Assembly (NCBI GenBank): GCA_030141605.1
Contig: JAQGDQ010000295.1
Coordinates: 1 to 64,000 of the forward strand
DNA length: 64,000 nucleotides
Direction of reading: 5' to 3'
From: Tubiluchus corallicola
Taxonomy: Eukaryota > Animalia > Priapulida
Part shown: in pieces, positions 42,101-53,000 of the stretch
How the letters are laid out: each line of letters opens with the position of its first letter
How positions within the stretch are numbered: the first letter of the stretch is position 1
The notes under the pieces: model-generated
The model's input: only the letters and a program-made list of their open reading frames with translations
What the model was told of the DNA's origin: nothing
Databases searched by the model: none
Program-made: the position numbers and the translations under genes

Positions 42101-42870
42101 TGGTGTCATAAGTAATGACCCTTCTTTATACTGTCATGAAATGCATGTTGAAATATGAATAGTTGTCCACTTACGACTGTTTGCTTTACAACCTGACTGC
42201 AACTTAATTAATTAATTACACAAAACCAACTGTAACCCCTTCTATTTTTGTAAAAAAATTAACTTTAAATCGCTATCCGTTTTGATAAATTCATTGTAGG
42301 CGTCACCATACTTAATGCACTTGCACACACAAAATCGTGCATGTAAGGGTGCACCGCTTGAACATACGGGTCCAACTCATCTTACGACCAATCTACAACT
42401 ACCTGTACTTAACCTTGTAATGATATTCCTATATTACAACAATTTTTCTCTTCACAGATTTTAAAAATGTCACGATTATTTCTGGCAGGTCAATAGGTTT
42501 TTGTTGTCCGCACAGCAGTCTTGATTTGTGGTTTAAGAAATGAGTTTATTGCTGTTACACGCGTATACCCTTCTTTGTAGTGCTATACTGTTTATTAGAA
42601 TGAATAGCTATTAATTAACTCACAAAAAATGTTATTAAATGTTTTCAGGTTGTGCAGTTAAGGATAGATTCTAAACTTCATTCTTCTCAATCTCTCGACT
42701 CCATTTCATCAACATCTCGATTGACCGTCAGCGTCGACGTTGATGACGATGACGAAAAGGACCTAGTGGCGGCCATTACGAGCGAGACGCGCAGTCCTAC
42801 GCTGGAGGCATTAGCGGCCGACTCTCCGCAGAGGGTGCTAGGAACAACGACCAGTGACGCACAAGTGTGA
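26867..42870 (+). CDS. EVI5: EVI5-family TBC-domain Rab GTPase-activating protein, gene span (17 shared coding exons, about 775 codons plus an upstream first exon)
   Basis: Spliced translation gives LLETD...DSWLVWGQVVNDWE...LVRKGIPCHFRGIVWQLLC...IRRDIARTYP (Arg finger)...EVGYCQG (Gln finger)...MYASSWFLTLF...KKMKKLEKEY...RLRTENRLLRQR, then a coiled coil. This matches my recollection of animal EVI5. All introns are GT-AG and all phases are consistent. Confidence 0.96.
27867..28360 (-). mobile_element. hAT transposon remnant with a C-terminal dimerization-domain fragment
   Basis: Minus-strand ITSGERSFSNLKLIKTYLRSKISQERLNYLA is the typical hATC motif; CAGGGCCGGCG terminus at 27867. Confidence 0.85.
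28622..28750 (+). CDS. EVI5: EVI5 exon (TBC start, DLVRKGIP...SPCEK)
   Basis: ttacag|GAT...AAG|gtacag, 129 nt. Confidence 0.95.
29412..29507 (+). CDS. EVI5: EVI5 exon (VIRRDIARTYPEHEFFKEKDGVGQESLFNVIK, Arg finger)
   Basis: ctatag|GTT...AAG|gtctgt, 96 nt; not in the ORF track. Confidence 0.95.
30481..30555 (+). CDS. EVI5: EVI5 exon (AYSLHDREVGYCQGSGFIVGLLLMQ, Gln finger)
   Basis: ttacag|GCT...CAG|gtgaag, 75 nt. Confidence 0.95.
31290..31415 (+). CDS. EVI5: EVI5 exon (MPEEEAY...LECMVQ)
   Basis: aattag|ATG...CAG|gtaggt, 126 nt. Confidence 0.95.
32055..32370. repeat. Minisatellite, 64-bp unit x about 5
   Basis: CAAGTACTAA at 32056, 32121, 32185, 32249 and 32313; units nearly identical. Confidence 0.95.
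32941..33084 (+). CDS. EVI5: EVI5 exon (EQLPELNMHFQSQSFYTSMYASSWFLTLF...DVFISE)
   Basis: aactag|GAG...GAG|gtaact, 144 nt. Confidence 0.95.
34100..34189 (+). CDS. EVI5: EVI5 exon (GLESIFRIS...LDMEGMLK)
   Basis: tttcag|GGA...AAG|gtacct, 90 nt. Confidence 0.94.
35023..35120 (+). CDS. EVI5: EVI5 exon (FFQKDMPEKY...NSKKMK)
   Basis: tcttag|TTC...AA|gtaagt, 98 nt, ends phase 2. Confidence 0.94.
36362..36476 (+). CDS. EVI5: EVI5 exon (LEKEYTAMK...RLEMLEQ)
   Basis: tatcag|G CTA...CAG|gtatgg, 115 nt, starts phase 2. Confidence 0.94.
36584..36763 (+). CDS. EVI5: EVI5 exon (ESISLADRLIQGQVIRAQEAEE...RQKQ)
   Basis: ttgcag|GAG...CAG|gttgtc, 180 nt. Confidence 0.92.
36785..37050. repeat. Degenerate short tandem repeat (CTTGCACTGTAAC core)
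   Basis: About 10 variants of cttgcactgtaac directly after an EVI5 donor site. Confidence 0.75.
37317..37463 (+). CDS. EVI5: EVI5 coiled-coil exon (...LQQELVSVRLREAE...DLEE)
   Basis: ttgtag|AAT...GAG|gtaatg, 147 nt. Confidence 0.92.
37579..37728 (+). CDS. EVI5: EVI5 coiled-coil exon (...LQEELIAVKLREAEA...QTWQ)
   Basis: tttcag|AGT...CAG|gtgtgt, 150 nt. Confidence 0.93.
38481..38889. mobile_element. About 400-bp interspersed MITE-like repeat, copy 2
   Basis: Homologous to 12044-12444; inverted termini aataagcttttttcag / ctgtgaaaaggcttatt. Confidence 0.8.
38941..39102 (+). CDS. EVI5: EVI5 coiled-coil exon (KHM...ELMTVKIREAE...MELETQ)
   Basis: ttacag|AAA...CAG|gtacga, 162 nt. Confidence 0.93.
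39803..39949 (+). CDS. EVI5: EVI5 coiled-coil exon (SQMSSNQLKR...SDLESK)
   Basis: cgtcag|AGT...AAA|gtatgt, 147 nt. Confidence 0.9.
40020..40390. repeat. Diverged minisatellite, 62-bp unit x about 6
   Basis: TAGTCCCTAATTAGTC-like core at 40063, 40124, 40186, 40248, 40310 and 40372. Confidence 0.85.
41278..41373 (+). CDS. EVI5: EVI5 coiled-coil exon (RKEEVLMSRLREAE...AELEIG)
   Basis: ttgcag|AGA...GGG|gtgagt, 96 nt. Confidence 0.92.
41841..41936 (+). CDS. EVI5: EVI5 exon (KQELFTED...DLQTE)
   Basis: ttgtag|AAA...GAG|gtgagt, 96 nt. Confidence 0.9.
42649..42870 (+). CDS. EVI5: EVI5 terminal coding exon (Ser/acidic tail, ends ...SDAQV*)
   Basis: tttcag|GTT GTG CAG...GTG TGA, 222 nt, phase 0. Confidence 0.88.
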   Translation, partial: VVQLRIDSKLHSSQSLDSISSTSRLTVSVDVDDDDEKDLVAAITSETRSPTLEALAADSPQRVLGTTTSDAQV

Positions 42871-44397
42871 TACGTGTGTAATTTAATAGCCATGAGCTTA
42901 TTTATTATTGCAAATCTGTGGTCGTTCAAACCATAGATATAACTTTGGTTAAACCAAGTGACATTGTGTGAAATGACTGTGTTATTTAAACAGTTTTTCT
43001 ATTTTGAATGGTGCTTTTTTCAATTGTCTGAAACAGGTTGCTTCTGCAGTGACCACAAAGATTACGCACTTCCAGTTTGGCACTACCTACTGTCATTCTC
43101 CCATCCTAAACCTTTTGATAGCTATAAACATTTTGTAATTTAGCAGGAAGGTGTGACTTTTTTAAAATACGTTTTTTCTGATTGGGAGGCTGAAGCAAAA
43201 TCAGTGCGATGAAAACGTATCTACGTCGTTTGAGAATGTCTTTCTGTCTCCATTACTTTATAAAATAGTGCAATGCAAAAACAATGCAAGATGAACCGAC
43301 TGTGCCATGTTTCGCAGTGTCTTAGCAATGCAAAAACAAGTTGTGTGTCATGTTTATTCTCAATACAGCATACAAAATGTTTTCGTAAAGTAGGTTTGAG
43401 CATCGAACGTTCGAACCTAAAATTATAAATAGAATAATTGAGCACTTCAACTACATACATTCTTTATCATTAAAACGTGAAATAGCATACATTCAGCATA
43501 ATTTAAGCTGTGATTTATGTGAACTGATTTTTAAACAAATTATTAGTGTTTTTCCTGCAGAATAAAATCAAGTACTTTGCATGATTCACAACTGAATTCG
43601 AAATCTCAAAATTGGTTTGATTCGAGTTCGAAAGTTACAAATTTGATTCAAATTCGGTTTCTAGTAGAGAATGCGCAACCCTACTATAAAGTATATTTAG
43701 CTGAGCTCTCAGCATCTGTACAGTGTTATTTCTGTGTATATAACATTGCATGTAACTATCAGTACCCACCAAATTCTACTAGAAAATGCAAAAAGTTAAT
43801 GCAGATAGAATGCCTTAATAATTAAGAAAGAATTTACAATTTCTATACATGTAATATAAATATAATTATCCTATATATTATACAGTAATGGTACTTATTT
43901 GATCAATCTCCATTCGATGAATATTTGTTCTAATAATCATCAATTTTCTATTTTAATGTTTTGTGTATTTATTATTTTTATTGCCTTTATGCATTTGCTT
44001 TACTAAGTATAGTAATAATAATTTTTTATTACAGTGTTGGTACTGTGCCTGCATATTCCTCATTTTATCTCTTTAGGGACCCTACTTACATCTCGTATTG
44101 TTTCTTTTAATCCCACTGTTCCAAAACGCCGTAAATTAGTGGGAATTTTTATTTTTTATTCGAGTCCATTTGTTGCAGTTTATGTAGTAAAATGTCCAGA
44201 TCTGCTTCTTGATGCAATTAAAGGTTAGTGTAAATTGTAAAATGGTAATTATGTTATCACTGTAATTTTAATGTTTCCATAATGACATCCGTGATCGAAC
44301 AGAACTTGTGTTTCTAACAATCTGATGCATCGAATAAGGTGAAAACGGTACGATTTATAAATAATGTAGATAAATAATGGTGAAGGCTTGTTGACGC

Positions 44398-44403
44398 AAT
44401 AAA
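44398..44403 (+). promoter_or_regulatory. Candidate EVI5 polyadenylation signal
   Basis: AATAAA followed by a GT/T-rich downstream stretch, 1.5 kb after the stop; another AATAAA lies at 43561. Confidence 0.4.
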
Positions 44404-44471
44404 ATGTTGCAGTTTTTTACAAGTTTCAGAGTTGAAGTGTTTGGATTTATTTGTATTGTTTTCTTGCAGAG

Positions 44472-44580
44472 TTCTCTCTCTTCTCTCGCTCTCTCTTTCT
44501 CCATCTCTCTCTCTCTTTCCCCCTCCCATCTTTCTCTCTTTCCCCATCTCTCTTCTCACACTCACTCACTCTTCCTCTCT
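44472..44580. repeat. (CT)n-rich polypyrimidine tract
   Basis: Directly visible. Confidence 0.85.
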
Positions 44581-44699
44581 CGTCCTGGTGTGCATATAAT
44601 CTCAGATACAGGTCAACGAGTGACCTATAATCACTTACAATGCATATGTAACCTGAGGAAACACGTGGCCAGTGACCTGATGAACTTCTTTCATTGCTA

Positions 44700-45000
44700 C
44701 CTCTTCTCTGCAATGTGAACATGACAATGTTCTTCAAAATACTTGTTGCCTTCCCAAATTAGATGACGGCAAGTGGTTTGAACGTTGGCCTTCTCTTTCC
44801 AACCTGTTGTTTTCCCTATACAGAATTTAAGGAGACACACTCTTCTGGCATTCGTCGGCAATGTCCAATCTAATGACGTCGATTTTTCCAGCGCAATTCC
44901 TTTCTTGTCACACATGGGCTGCATTTAAGTTATCGAACTGCCTTATTGTTCGTTTTCAAGATACCTTTGTAATTCAGTGGGATGCGCTTTAGAAATGCAG
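44700..45000 (-). mobile_element. Degenerate RTE-like LINE 3' fragment
   Basis: A minus frame reads ELRWKNRRH*IGHCRRMPEECVSLNSV*GKQQVGKRRP, resembling the RTE ORF end (RRLRW.GH..RM.....G...GKR.RGRP). Confidence 0.4.
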
Positions 45001-47477
45001 AGCAGTACTCCTCATCGCAGATCACAAGCTGTTACCTAAATTTAACACTGCCATTACTATTTTATTTGCTGATGTGATTCTAAAAACGAGAATTTGATTG
45101 GTCCCGTTGATCTGGTTGACACGCTCGACTGAAGACAGTCCTGAGGAGGTAAAGGAAGGTCCACACAACTCCAAAATGTACAAGCATGTAAAAATAAGTG
45201 ATCATTCACTTTTTAATCAGAACAAAAACTAAATTGTACGATTTCCTTTCACTGAGTGTTAAATTACTTGACATTTATTGGCAAACATTCGAACATGTAC
45301 AATACATTACAACCCATTTACAAGCGAATTACAATAATGCAATTCAATTATAGTAATTCCATACACAGTACAGTACAAATACACTACAAGGCTTGATTGT
45401 TTGATTTTTGACACGTTGAGCAACAATCATCATATTATACATCATATTATCTCTAAGAGGCAACAAAATAACAATTTATTCAGAATATGAAAGGCTTTTT
45501 TAATAAAATAATTTACACGTAAACAGTTTGCAATATATACACATCTGGCACGTTTTAGCTATGGTAAAATTATGTACAACAAATTACAATGTCACAACCA
45601 GCCGAGCTGGAGGTAGCTTTTATTACGAAAAAATGTCAATAAAACGTTTGCCAGCATGGTCAATAATGAAGTTGATCAATTTGGAAATACAGTATAATCT
45701 GCCTATAATGAGTTTAAAGGGACTCTGAAATTTGCTTGCTATAACCGAGTCGTGTTACAGTCGAAGTCAATTGTTTCAGTGTATGTGCAATATAGACATG
45801 AAGCCTATTGGACTTATATGATGTTACAATGTAAGCACTGTCTTTTGAGACTGACACTTTTTCATGAGTGGTAGTGTTCAGCAACCATTTTGTCACAAGA
45901 GCAAAGTTATAGTGTTTAAACCTTATTATTTCATGATATAAGGCAACATTTTATGCCATAAATTGCTCCACAAAACTGCCCAGCAAGTTGCTATTCTAAA
46001 CAACTTCTGTGATTCATTCGTGACAATGTATGCTGTTGAAGGCTGGAAAATTCCCTCTTAATAAACAAAAACTCGCAATATCGAAGCTCACTGTAAGCAA
46101 GGTTTAAATACAATATTTAAGGCTGAGATTTGATGGGACTTTGAAATTCACTCGTACTTGAGGCTCACTTGAACAGGCCTCATTATAAGACGGTTTATAC
46201 TGTACTAGATTTTTTACACGATTCTTAACAGCAGAAGTAAATCACAAACTATTTTTCTTACATGAATCATAACAATGATGAGTTTATCCTATAAACGACA
46301 AAGAATGTGCAGCTTAATGCACAAATACGATATAAATGGCTGCACTGTGCAATAGACTGCTGTCATCACAATGTTTTGCATTCACGCAATTTTACGTTTT
46401 TGAATCTCATGCTTTATAAGTCATTTTAATGAGTCGTACCACAGGTCAGCCAGCAGCACATAGAATGAATTGCCAACTTTCAGCTAAAATAATGACAACT
46501 ATGTCTGACTAGAGTATGATCAACCTACAAAAAAGGTGGCAGCACATGCAGAAAGCGAAAACCACAAGCGTAAACGGCATAATGGCTATCTTTACGTGCT
46601 ATAATTACTCAGTAACTACAACAAGTACTACAGTATCATTTATTTCTAAACGCTACACTTGCGTGTAGATTTCCTAATAACACTTTACAGATCTTTTGTT
46701 TACCCAAAACTAGAACGGGATTAGGCAGTTTTATAAGTACAAAAAACAGAGAGTTTTAGGAAGTTTTTGCCCCACTTGTTTTGAAGAAATTAATGGTTAT
46801 AATTATCGTCAACTTAAATATAAGAAAAATAAAATTAAGAATTCACAACAATAATTTATATCTCCTGATCTGTTATAATTCACTGGACACTAGCGTGCAA
46901 TCGGATTTTGCACAAGAATGAGTATTAAACATGAACACGGCAAAAACGATAATAATTACAGCCTTTACAAAGTAAACTGCAATTGCAAAATAAAGATAAA
47001 TTATCACTTTTTACACAGTTCTGAAAAAAGTTTTCAAACTCCCAGATGTTTCACGCCTTTCTAAATTGACGTTTTACCACTTTAAAAAGGTGTTTGAGTG
47101 TTTGAAACTACTCAGAAGACAGGTGACAAAGTGCGAATAATGACATGATTGGTACAAAACCGGACACATTACCAAATAATTTTAACTTAGTGCATTGTAC
47201 ATGTAACACACTTCATGTGGAATGGGTTGCCGCTCCATCTTGTATGGAACCTCAGCGATGAATCTCATTAAAGACCTGACATAGTTAATTAATAAATATT
47301 CTAGTACGATATTCAGGTTAGGCAGACAACAAAACGTAGCAGCACTGCATTCAGGTTTAAAGTGTTAAAAGCCTGTAACAGTCAGCATCAACTTACACCG
47401 ACTTTATACCGAAAAAAAAACAATTTCATTGAGTATTACTCAACAGCTTCACTTAGAATGTAGGAAAAGTAAATATG

Positions 47478-47891
47478 CAGAGCCAGTTTTAAGCCAATTA
47501 GACAGATTTGTTCATAATGGGCCCCACACCAAGACGGGACACCCACATCAGGTAAGAGAATTTTTTGAAAACTAAAACTAATTAGAGCATACTTATGCTA
47601 CACAAGAGAGACTAAATAATTTGGCTATGCTATCTATAAAAAATGACATTACAAGAGCAGGTGACTTTGAAATTTCTCAGATAAAAAAGCCAGAAAAGTC
47701 TGCTTTTAGAAGGCCTATGCACAAACAGTATGTAAATAACAACTTTCGTATGGACTTTCAATTTTTAGTCAATCAATGTGGCTAAAGGTAGAGCCTCAAG
47801 CCCGAGAATGGAGTACTAGACGAAGTATAAAACACCAATCTTCAGCTTTTGTAGGGTGGAGTGCCCCTCACACTTCCTAACACCGGCCATG
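47478..47891 (+). mobile_element. Internally deleted derivative of the same hAT family
   Basis: Similar to the reverse complement of 27867-28290 (caagagagactaaata, tgcacaaacagtatgt); termini CAGAGCC...GGCCATG; near-perfect 8-bp flanks TAAATATG/TAAAAATG. Confidence 0.75.
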
Positions 47892-48964
47892 TAAAAATGT
47901 AGGTAATGTCATGGAAATAATGACAAAAGAGATGCAGAATTACTATATAAGACTATAAAATATGGAGGCCAAAATTCAGTCAGGCAAACTCAGCTAACGG
48001 TCTTTAAGCACAAGGTAAAGTAACTTTGTTTAGAATATAAGCCGCTGCACATCATATTCTCTTACAAAAAAGGATTACAAAAATCCCAAAACTAAAAAAC
48101 GCGAGATCTGGTTTGCTTATTTAAGTGATATCACGATAAATTTCTTCCTGGATTAAAGATGCCAAGTTGGATTTTTACAGAATTTTAAGAACTTAAGCTA
48201 GCACTCCATGTGCACATAATGCGTGATACGTATTGACTGTTTGTGTCCGCAAATGCTATGCGTATTAACAAAATCCACGGCGCTCTTTCCGCCACTTTTA
48301 GTTACCTGTTCGTGAAAATTGGAAATAATAATTTTTGAAACCCATGCCTCAGTCGAAATTTCAGTGTGATAATTACAGCGTAATAACTAGACGGCAAAGA
48401 AAGTACAAGTTTGGGTGCACAAAATTTTGCAGAAGAGACAACAATACACACGTATCATCACTTAGGGAAAGAACTGCAACTAGATGCATAACACACAATT
48501 ATACGCTTCTTCCAGCTCTCAAAAACTCGTACACAACAAATATTGTGTAGGGGTCTTGAAGTGACCAAAACTCACCTAACAAGAATTACCAATCAGCGAA
48601 AATTGTCACCGGAAACTTGAAAAATCGCTAAATCACCTAAGTATTGGCAGTTTTCCGTCTGCGTATTGCTGTACGATGCGTATTCGGACAATAGCGATCA
48701 CATTCGAGTGAATACGGATCACACATCATGGATTACAGAAACACTTCCCCATGTTTAAATATAATATATGCATTACAGAATATGCATTACATGTATCACG
48801 AATTATGTGCACGTGGAGTCATCTTTTTAATCTCTGTTATCACTCCTACTATGCAATCTAATGGAAGAGGAATCATGGGAAAAGAAAATACATGCAACCT
48901 TCACAAATCAGCTTGTATTAATTATTAAAGGTGTTAAATCATTCTTGACACTAATCAATAAAAT

Positions 48965-50025
48965 TTAGTTGTGTTTGGCTCTTCTGCCTTTAGTATATTC
49001 AATCCAGCGTTTGGCAGTGTCCTTTAAAACTGGTGCATCATCGATAGTTGACAACAGCAGTAACTGATTGATATGGGTCGTGTGATAGTCCCACCGCGCC
49101 AAATTCGGCGCCACCCCCAGTATCACATGACGGAGGTCGTAAATGGACCCGGAACCCGTGTCAAACATAGGAAGCAGAACTTTGAGCGAGGTCATCCCAT
49201 CGCGGTACAATTCTGACACCTGGCGGTAGAATGTCGCGCCGCACACGCTGGCGGCCGTATCTGCCTGTGGCTCGCACATCCGTTGAAGGTCGTACAGACC
49301 GATTAACGAATAAATAAAACCATTTAGCACAAAAGAGCTAGGCGTGGTCGGATATTCTTCGTACCACACATATTTGTCCATAAAGAGAGCAACGATCCCA
49401 TGATCTTCACTCCTAATTTTAAACAATCTAGTGGCACTGGTTGCTGCATCTAAATACTTTTTATTCTGGGTTTTGAAATAAGCACGAGTCAAAACAGATA
49501 TGGCCTGACCCTGAGCCATAGCACTATACCAACCAGGGGGCAGCTCCATCACCCCGGAGATCAAAGTTCGAGCCACATCGATTGGCCAGCCGCCCTGAGA
49601 ATCCTGATTCCTGACTAACCAATCGGCTGCATGGAAGAAAAAATCTAGATGCCTAGATGTTGCTAAGCTTAAACTGTCCAATCTACCGCTGCCTCGAAGC
49701 GTCAAACTGAGCACTTTTACATTTTTTAGCTTCACTTTTCGCGTGAACTTACTATTGAGCAGCAGCCCCTTTTGGAGATCCACGAACAAATCGCGAATAA
49801 AGTGAGTCCATCGAGTTCGAGCACCTATTCCGTAAAATATGTCATTGCCTATAACAGAGATCATGGTGTTGCTTTGCACAAAATGAATTTTGTAAATGTC
49901 TTTCGTGTCACGCATCTGTAACGTGACGCTGACGCTTCCGTTCGTAGTGAAGATCACATTTAGTGAAAGGATTACGTCAGCTGTGTGATCAAGCTTAATG
50001 GAAATGCCCGAGCTTTTCAGAGAAT
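48965..50025 (-). CDS. GLCE: GLCE terminal coding exon (beta-sandwich part and catalytic C-terminal domain)
   Basis: tctcag|AT TCT CTG...CAC AAC TAA, 1061 nt; extends the ORF-track ORF 48965..49957. Confidence 0.96.
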
Positions 50026-53000
50026 CTGAGAACAGAAAAATATATCAGTAAAAGTCTCAATTCCCAATTTATATTTATTTATTTATAGTTTATTAGTTCC
50101 ATATGTTACATATATGTTGAACAATATCAAAACTTTATGTAGATGTGATGGTTAAAAAGTGAAAATATTTGTGTAGAGCACCCCGGGTATGAAGAGAAAG
50201 AAAAAAGAATAAAAAAAACATTGAAAGTACAAACTAGGAGATGGGTAAGGACAGACAGAGAAATACAAAGTTACAAACAGTCTTGTGATGGAAGATTTCA
50301 GATTTAATTGTGCATTAAAGTAAGTAAACACAGATAAGTGAGTTTGCAAACGCTACAACAAATAACTAGAGAGTATACTAATATGTATAAGTACACTAAT
50401 AAGTTTTTTTGGACCCAATCTATGCAATGTTCAGGGCAATAAAAAAAAATTCCCACTCTGGGGGGTCTTCACTTGTAGTTACTAGACGAACACTGTGTAA
50501 AAAATGTCCTGGTGACATTGGTTTGGCGGTGGTAATGGAGGGAAATTTGTAGCTTTTTGGAAAGAGGAGAACCCAGGCTACACGATGCTGTGGGTCTTTT
50601 TTACAAATGCCTCTACCAGGATGAGGGGTTACAAGTTAAGTTAGGGGAATGGTTATTCCGGAAGGATGCTGTGCATCGTCTCACTCTCGTCAAGGTAAAC
50701 GGCCAAGGATTACGAATGAAAGCGGGCGCACCTGCCCACTCAGCAATGAACTTATAAATTTCCAGCCACAAATCTATGCATTGAGAAGCAACTGGCATAC
50801 TAGCCTATAGTGGTTTGTGGAGTAACCGCTGTATTTGTTTCCTTTAAGATGTGCCTTTTACAATGTAACTCAGACTGTCAATACAAATAAACAACATAAA
50901 CAGCATTTGGTTTAATGGCTGAAACATTGCAGATGTTTGTGTTGGGGCTGACAATAAAAACACTCTGTTTCCGTCTAATCTCAGGGTAATCGTTTTTTTT
51001 ATCATATACATAGTCGGGAATTTTATCATTTTCTTTGTATGGTGATATACTTACCTGATGTAAGAGCATATTTCTTTAATTTAAAACGCAAAATGCAATA
51101 ATTATTATAGCATCGTTGATTATCGTACTGGAGGTTTAAAAGTATCATGTTTTCCGTGAAATCAGCGCATTAACGGCTGAGTAGTGTTGCCAGTTATACC
51201 ATAATTATTAGAACATACGTTCATACTGTACAAAAATGAGGCTATATGTTAATTGATAATAATATGATAATTTAGTAATGCAAAACAAAAAGACTAAAAA
51301 ACAGAGTGAAAAAATAAAACATTAATATTAACCAGTGAGAAATAAGACAATTGATTTCAATAGATTTTAAATATTCCAAGGTTCGGGCTTAAACTTCACA
51401 AAGCTTTAAAAAAATTTCAAAAAAAATTTTTTCCTCCCTCCTACTGACATCTTTTGAGCTCATGAGCTAAGGCAGACCAAATGTTTTTTGTGGTCGCCTC
51501 AGAGATAAATTTACACACAGTAAATAATTCAATATGTTTTAGATAGTCAAATAATTTACGTTCATAATAACTACCACCAACGTTCTAAAATCAGACATAA
51601 TTAACTCACCCGAACTTTGGAATTCAAAAACGTTCCTTTGTTTCGCAGCGTCGAACACTTCGTTTATCCTGGAACTTTTTTCCGGAAGTTTCCAGAGATG
51701 CAGCGACGCTTTGGGGGAGGTAGAATCTAGATAGTCTACAACGACAGGCTCCCGTTCGGTTATGTTCTTGCTGTAATGACTTAAGCCAAACTGAGCGATT
51801 TGAATAGGGTAGAAGTAGCCCTGCGGACCCCACTGCGTGGAGATCGGGACACCTGGCAAAACATAACTTTGTTTTGAAAACAGAAATCATAATGTAAGTT
51901 TGTTAGCAGTTGAATACAGTTAGGCCCTGCATCACTTACTTGGATGTACCAAGAAACTCACATTTTAATTTAACTCTTTATATCTCTAATACTGTATCTA
52001 TTGAGAGTCACATTGTGAAACGTATATTAAACTTCTGTATTGTGTAATTATGTCAAATAACTGCATGTTAAAACGTCTGGCAATATTGAACATGGTCATA
52101 TAGTCATGGTCATTCAATATTGAACATTGAATATAGTCAAGTATTTCTGCTTTAGGAAAAAATATAATAAAAGCATTAGCTGGATGAGGACATGCTGATG
52201 TTGATGAAAGTCCAAAGTAAAAACTTGCTTATGAATTATACAGGGCAAAAGAAGGTCAAATAATAATTAGAAATTTCTTAGACAATGAAATTCAAAGAAT
52301 GTTGAAATATATATTAACAGAATAGGTCTGTAGGCATACTAAGACATGCACTTTTTAGTTTTCACTAACCGTATTGCTTTTAAGACATGGTTTAATTTTT
52401 GTTATTGTTTCTTTTTTCTCCTGTTAAGCTTCAGAGGCATAGCTTTTAAAGAACTTTCATAAAGGAACAAGTGGCAGCAGCAGGCTTATTTGTACTATAA
52501 ATTAGGTCACACTGCACAAAAGCGACCTAAAGTGAAATCAAAACTTATTTTAGAAAAAATGCGGCAAATGCTGTTGCTACAACAGCAAATATGGCAGTGG
52601 TAAGTCTAAGACAAAATGTCTTCAAACCGTACAAAAGTCAGAAGCAGACATTTTATTGTAACTTGACACTTCACAAAGCAGCCTAACATAGCAAAGTCAT
52701 TATTAATTATAAGAACTTAAGTTAAAACCATGTATAGAAACTCGTGCAGGAATGTGTAGAAACATCTGAAAGTGCATTGCTTTTTCAGGATTTTAACTCA
52801 CTTTATTTGCAATAGAATACAAAACAAATTACAGATTTTCTTTGAAAATGTTAGTACTAGTACCTTGTTGAAAAAAAATTGGTAATTGAAGTGCATCCAC
52901 GAGAAACCAAGTTCAAAAAGTAAAAACTAACTAGAATTTAGAATTTATCAGTTAGATTTGAAACATTTCAGCTTTCTGGTGATCTTATGATTTGGATCAA

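Noticed and set aside
42868-42945. Stop-codon readthrough of EVI5
   Set aside because: TGA-T context is not the leaky TGA-C type, and no supporting structure is visible
50557-50800. Tc1/mariner transposase fragment (GAPAH motif)
   Set aside because: A single short motif lacking the catalytic Asp; the surrounding similarity is too weak
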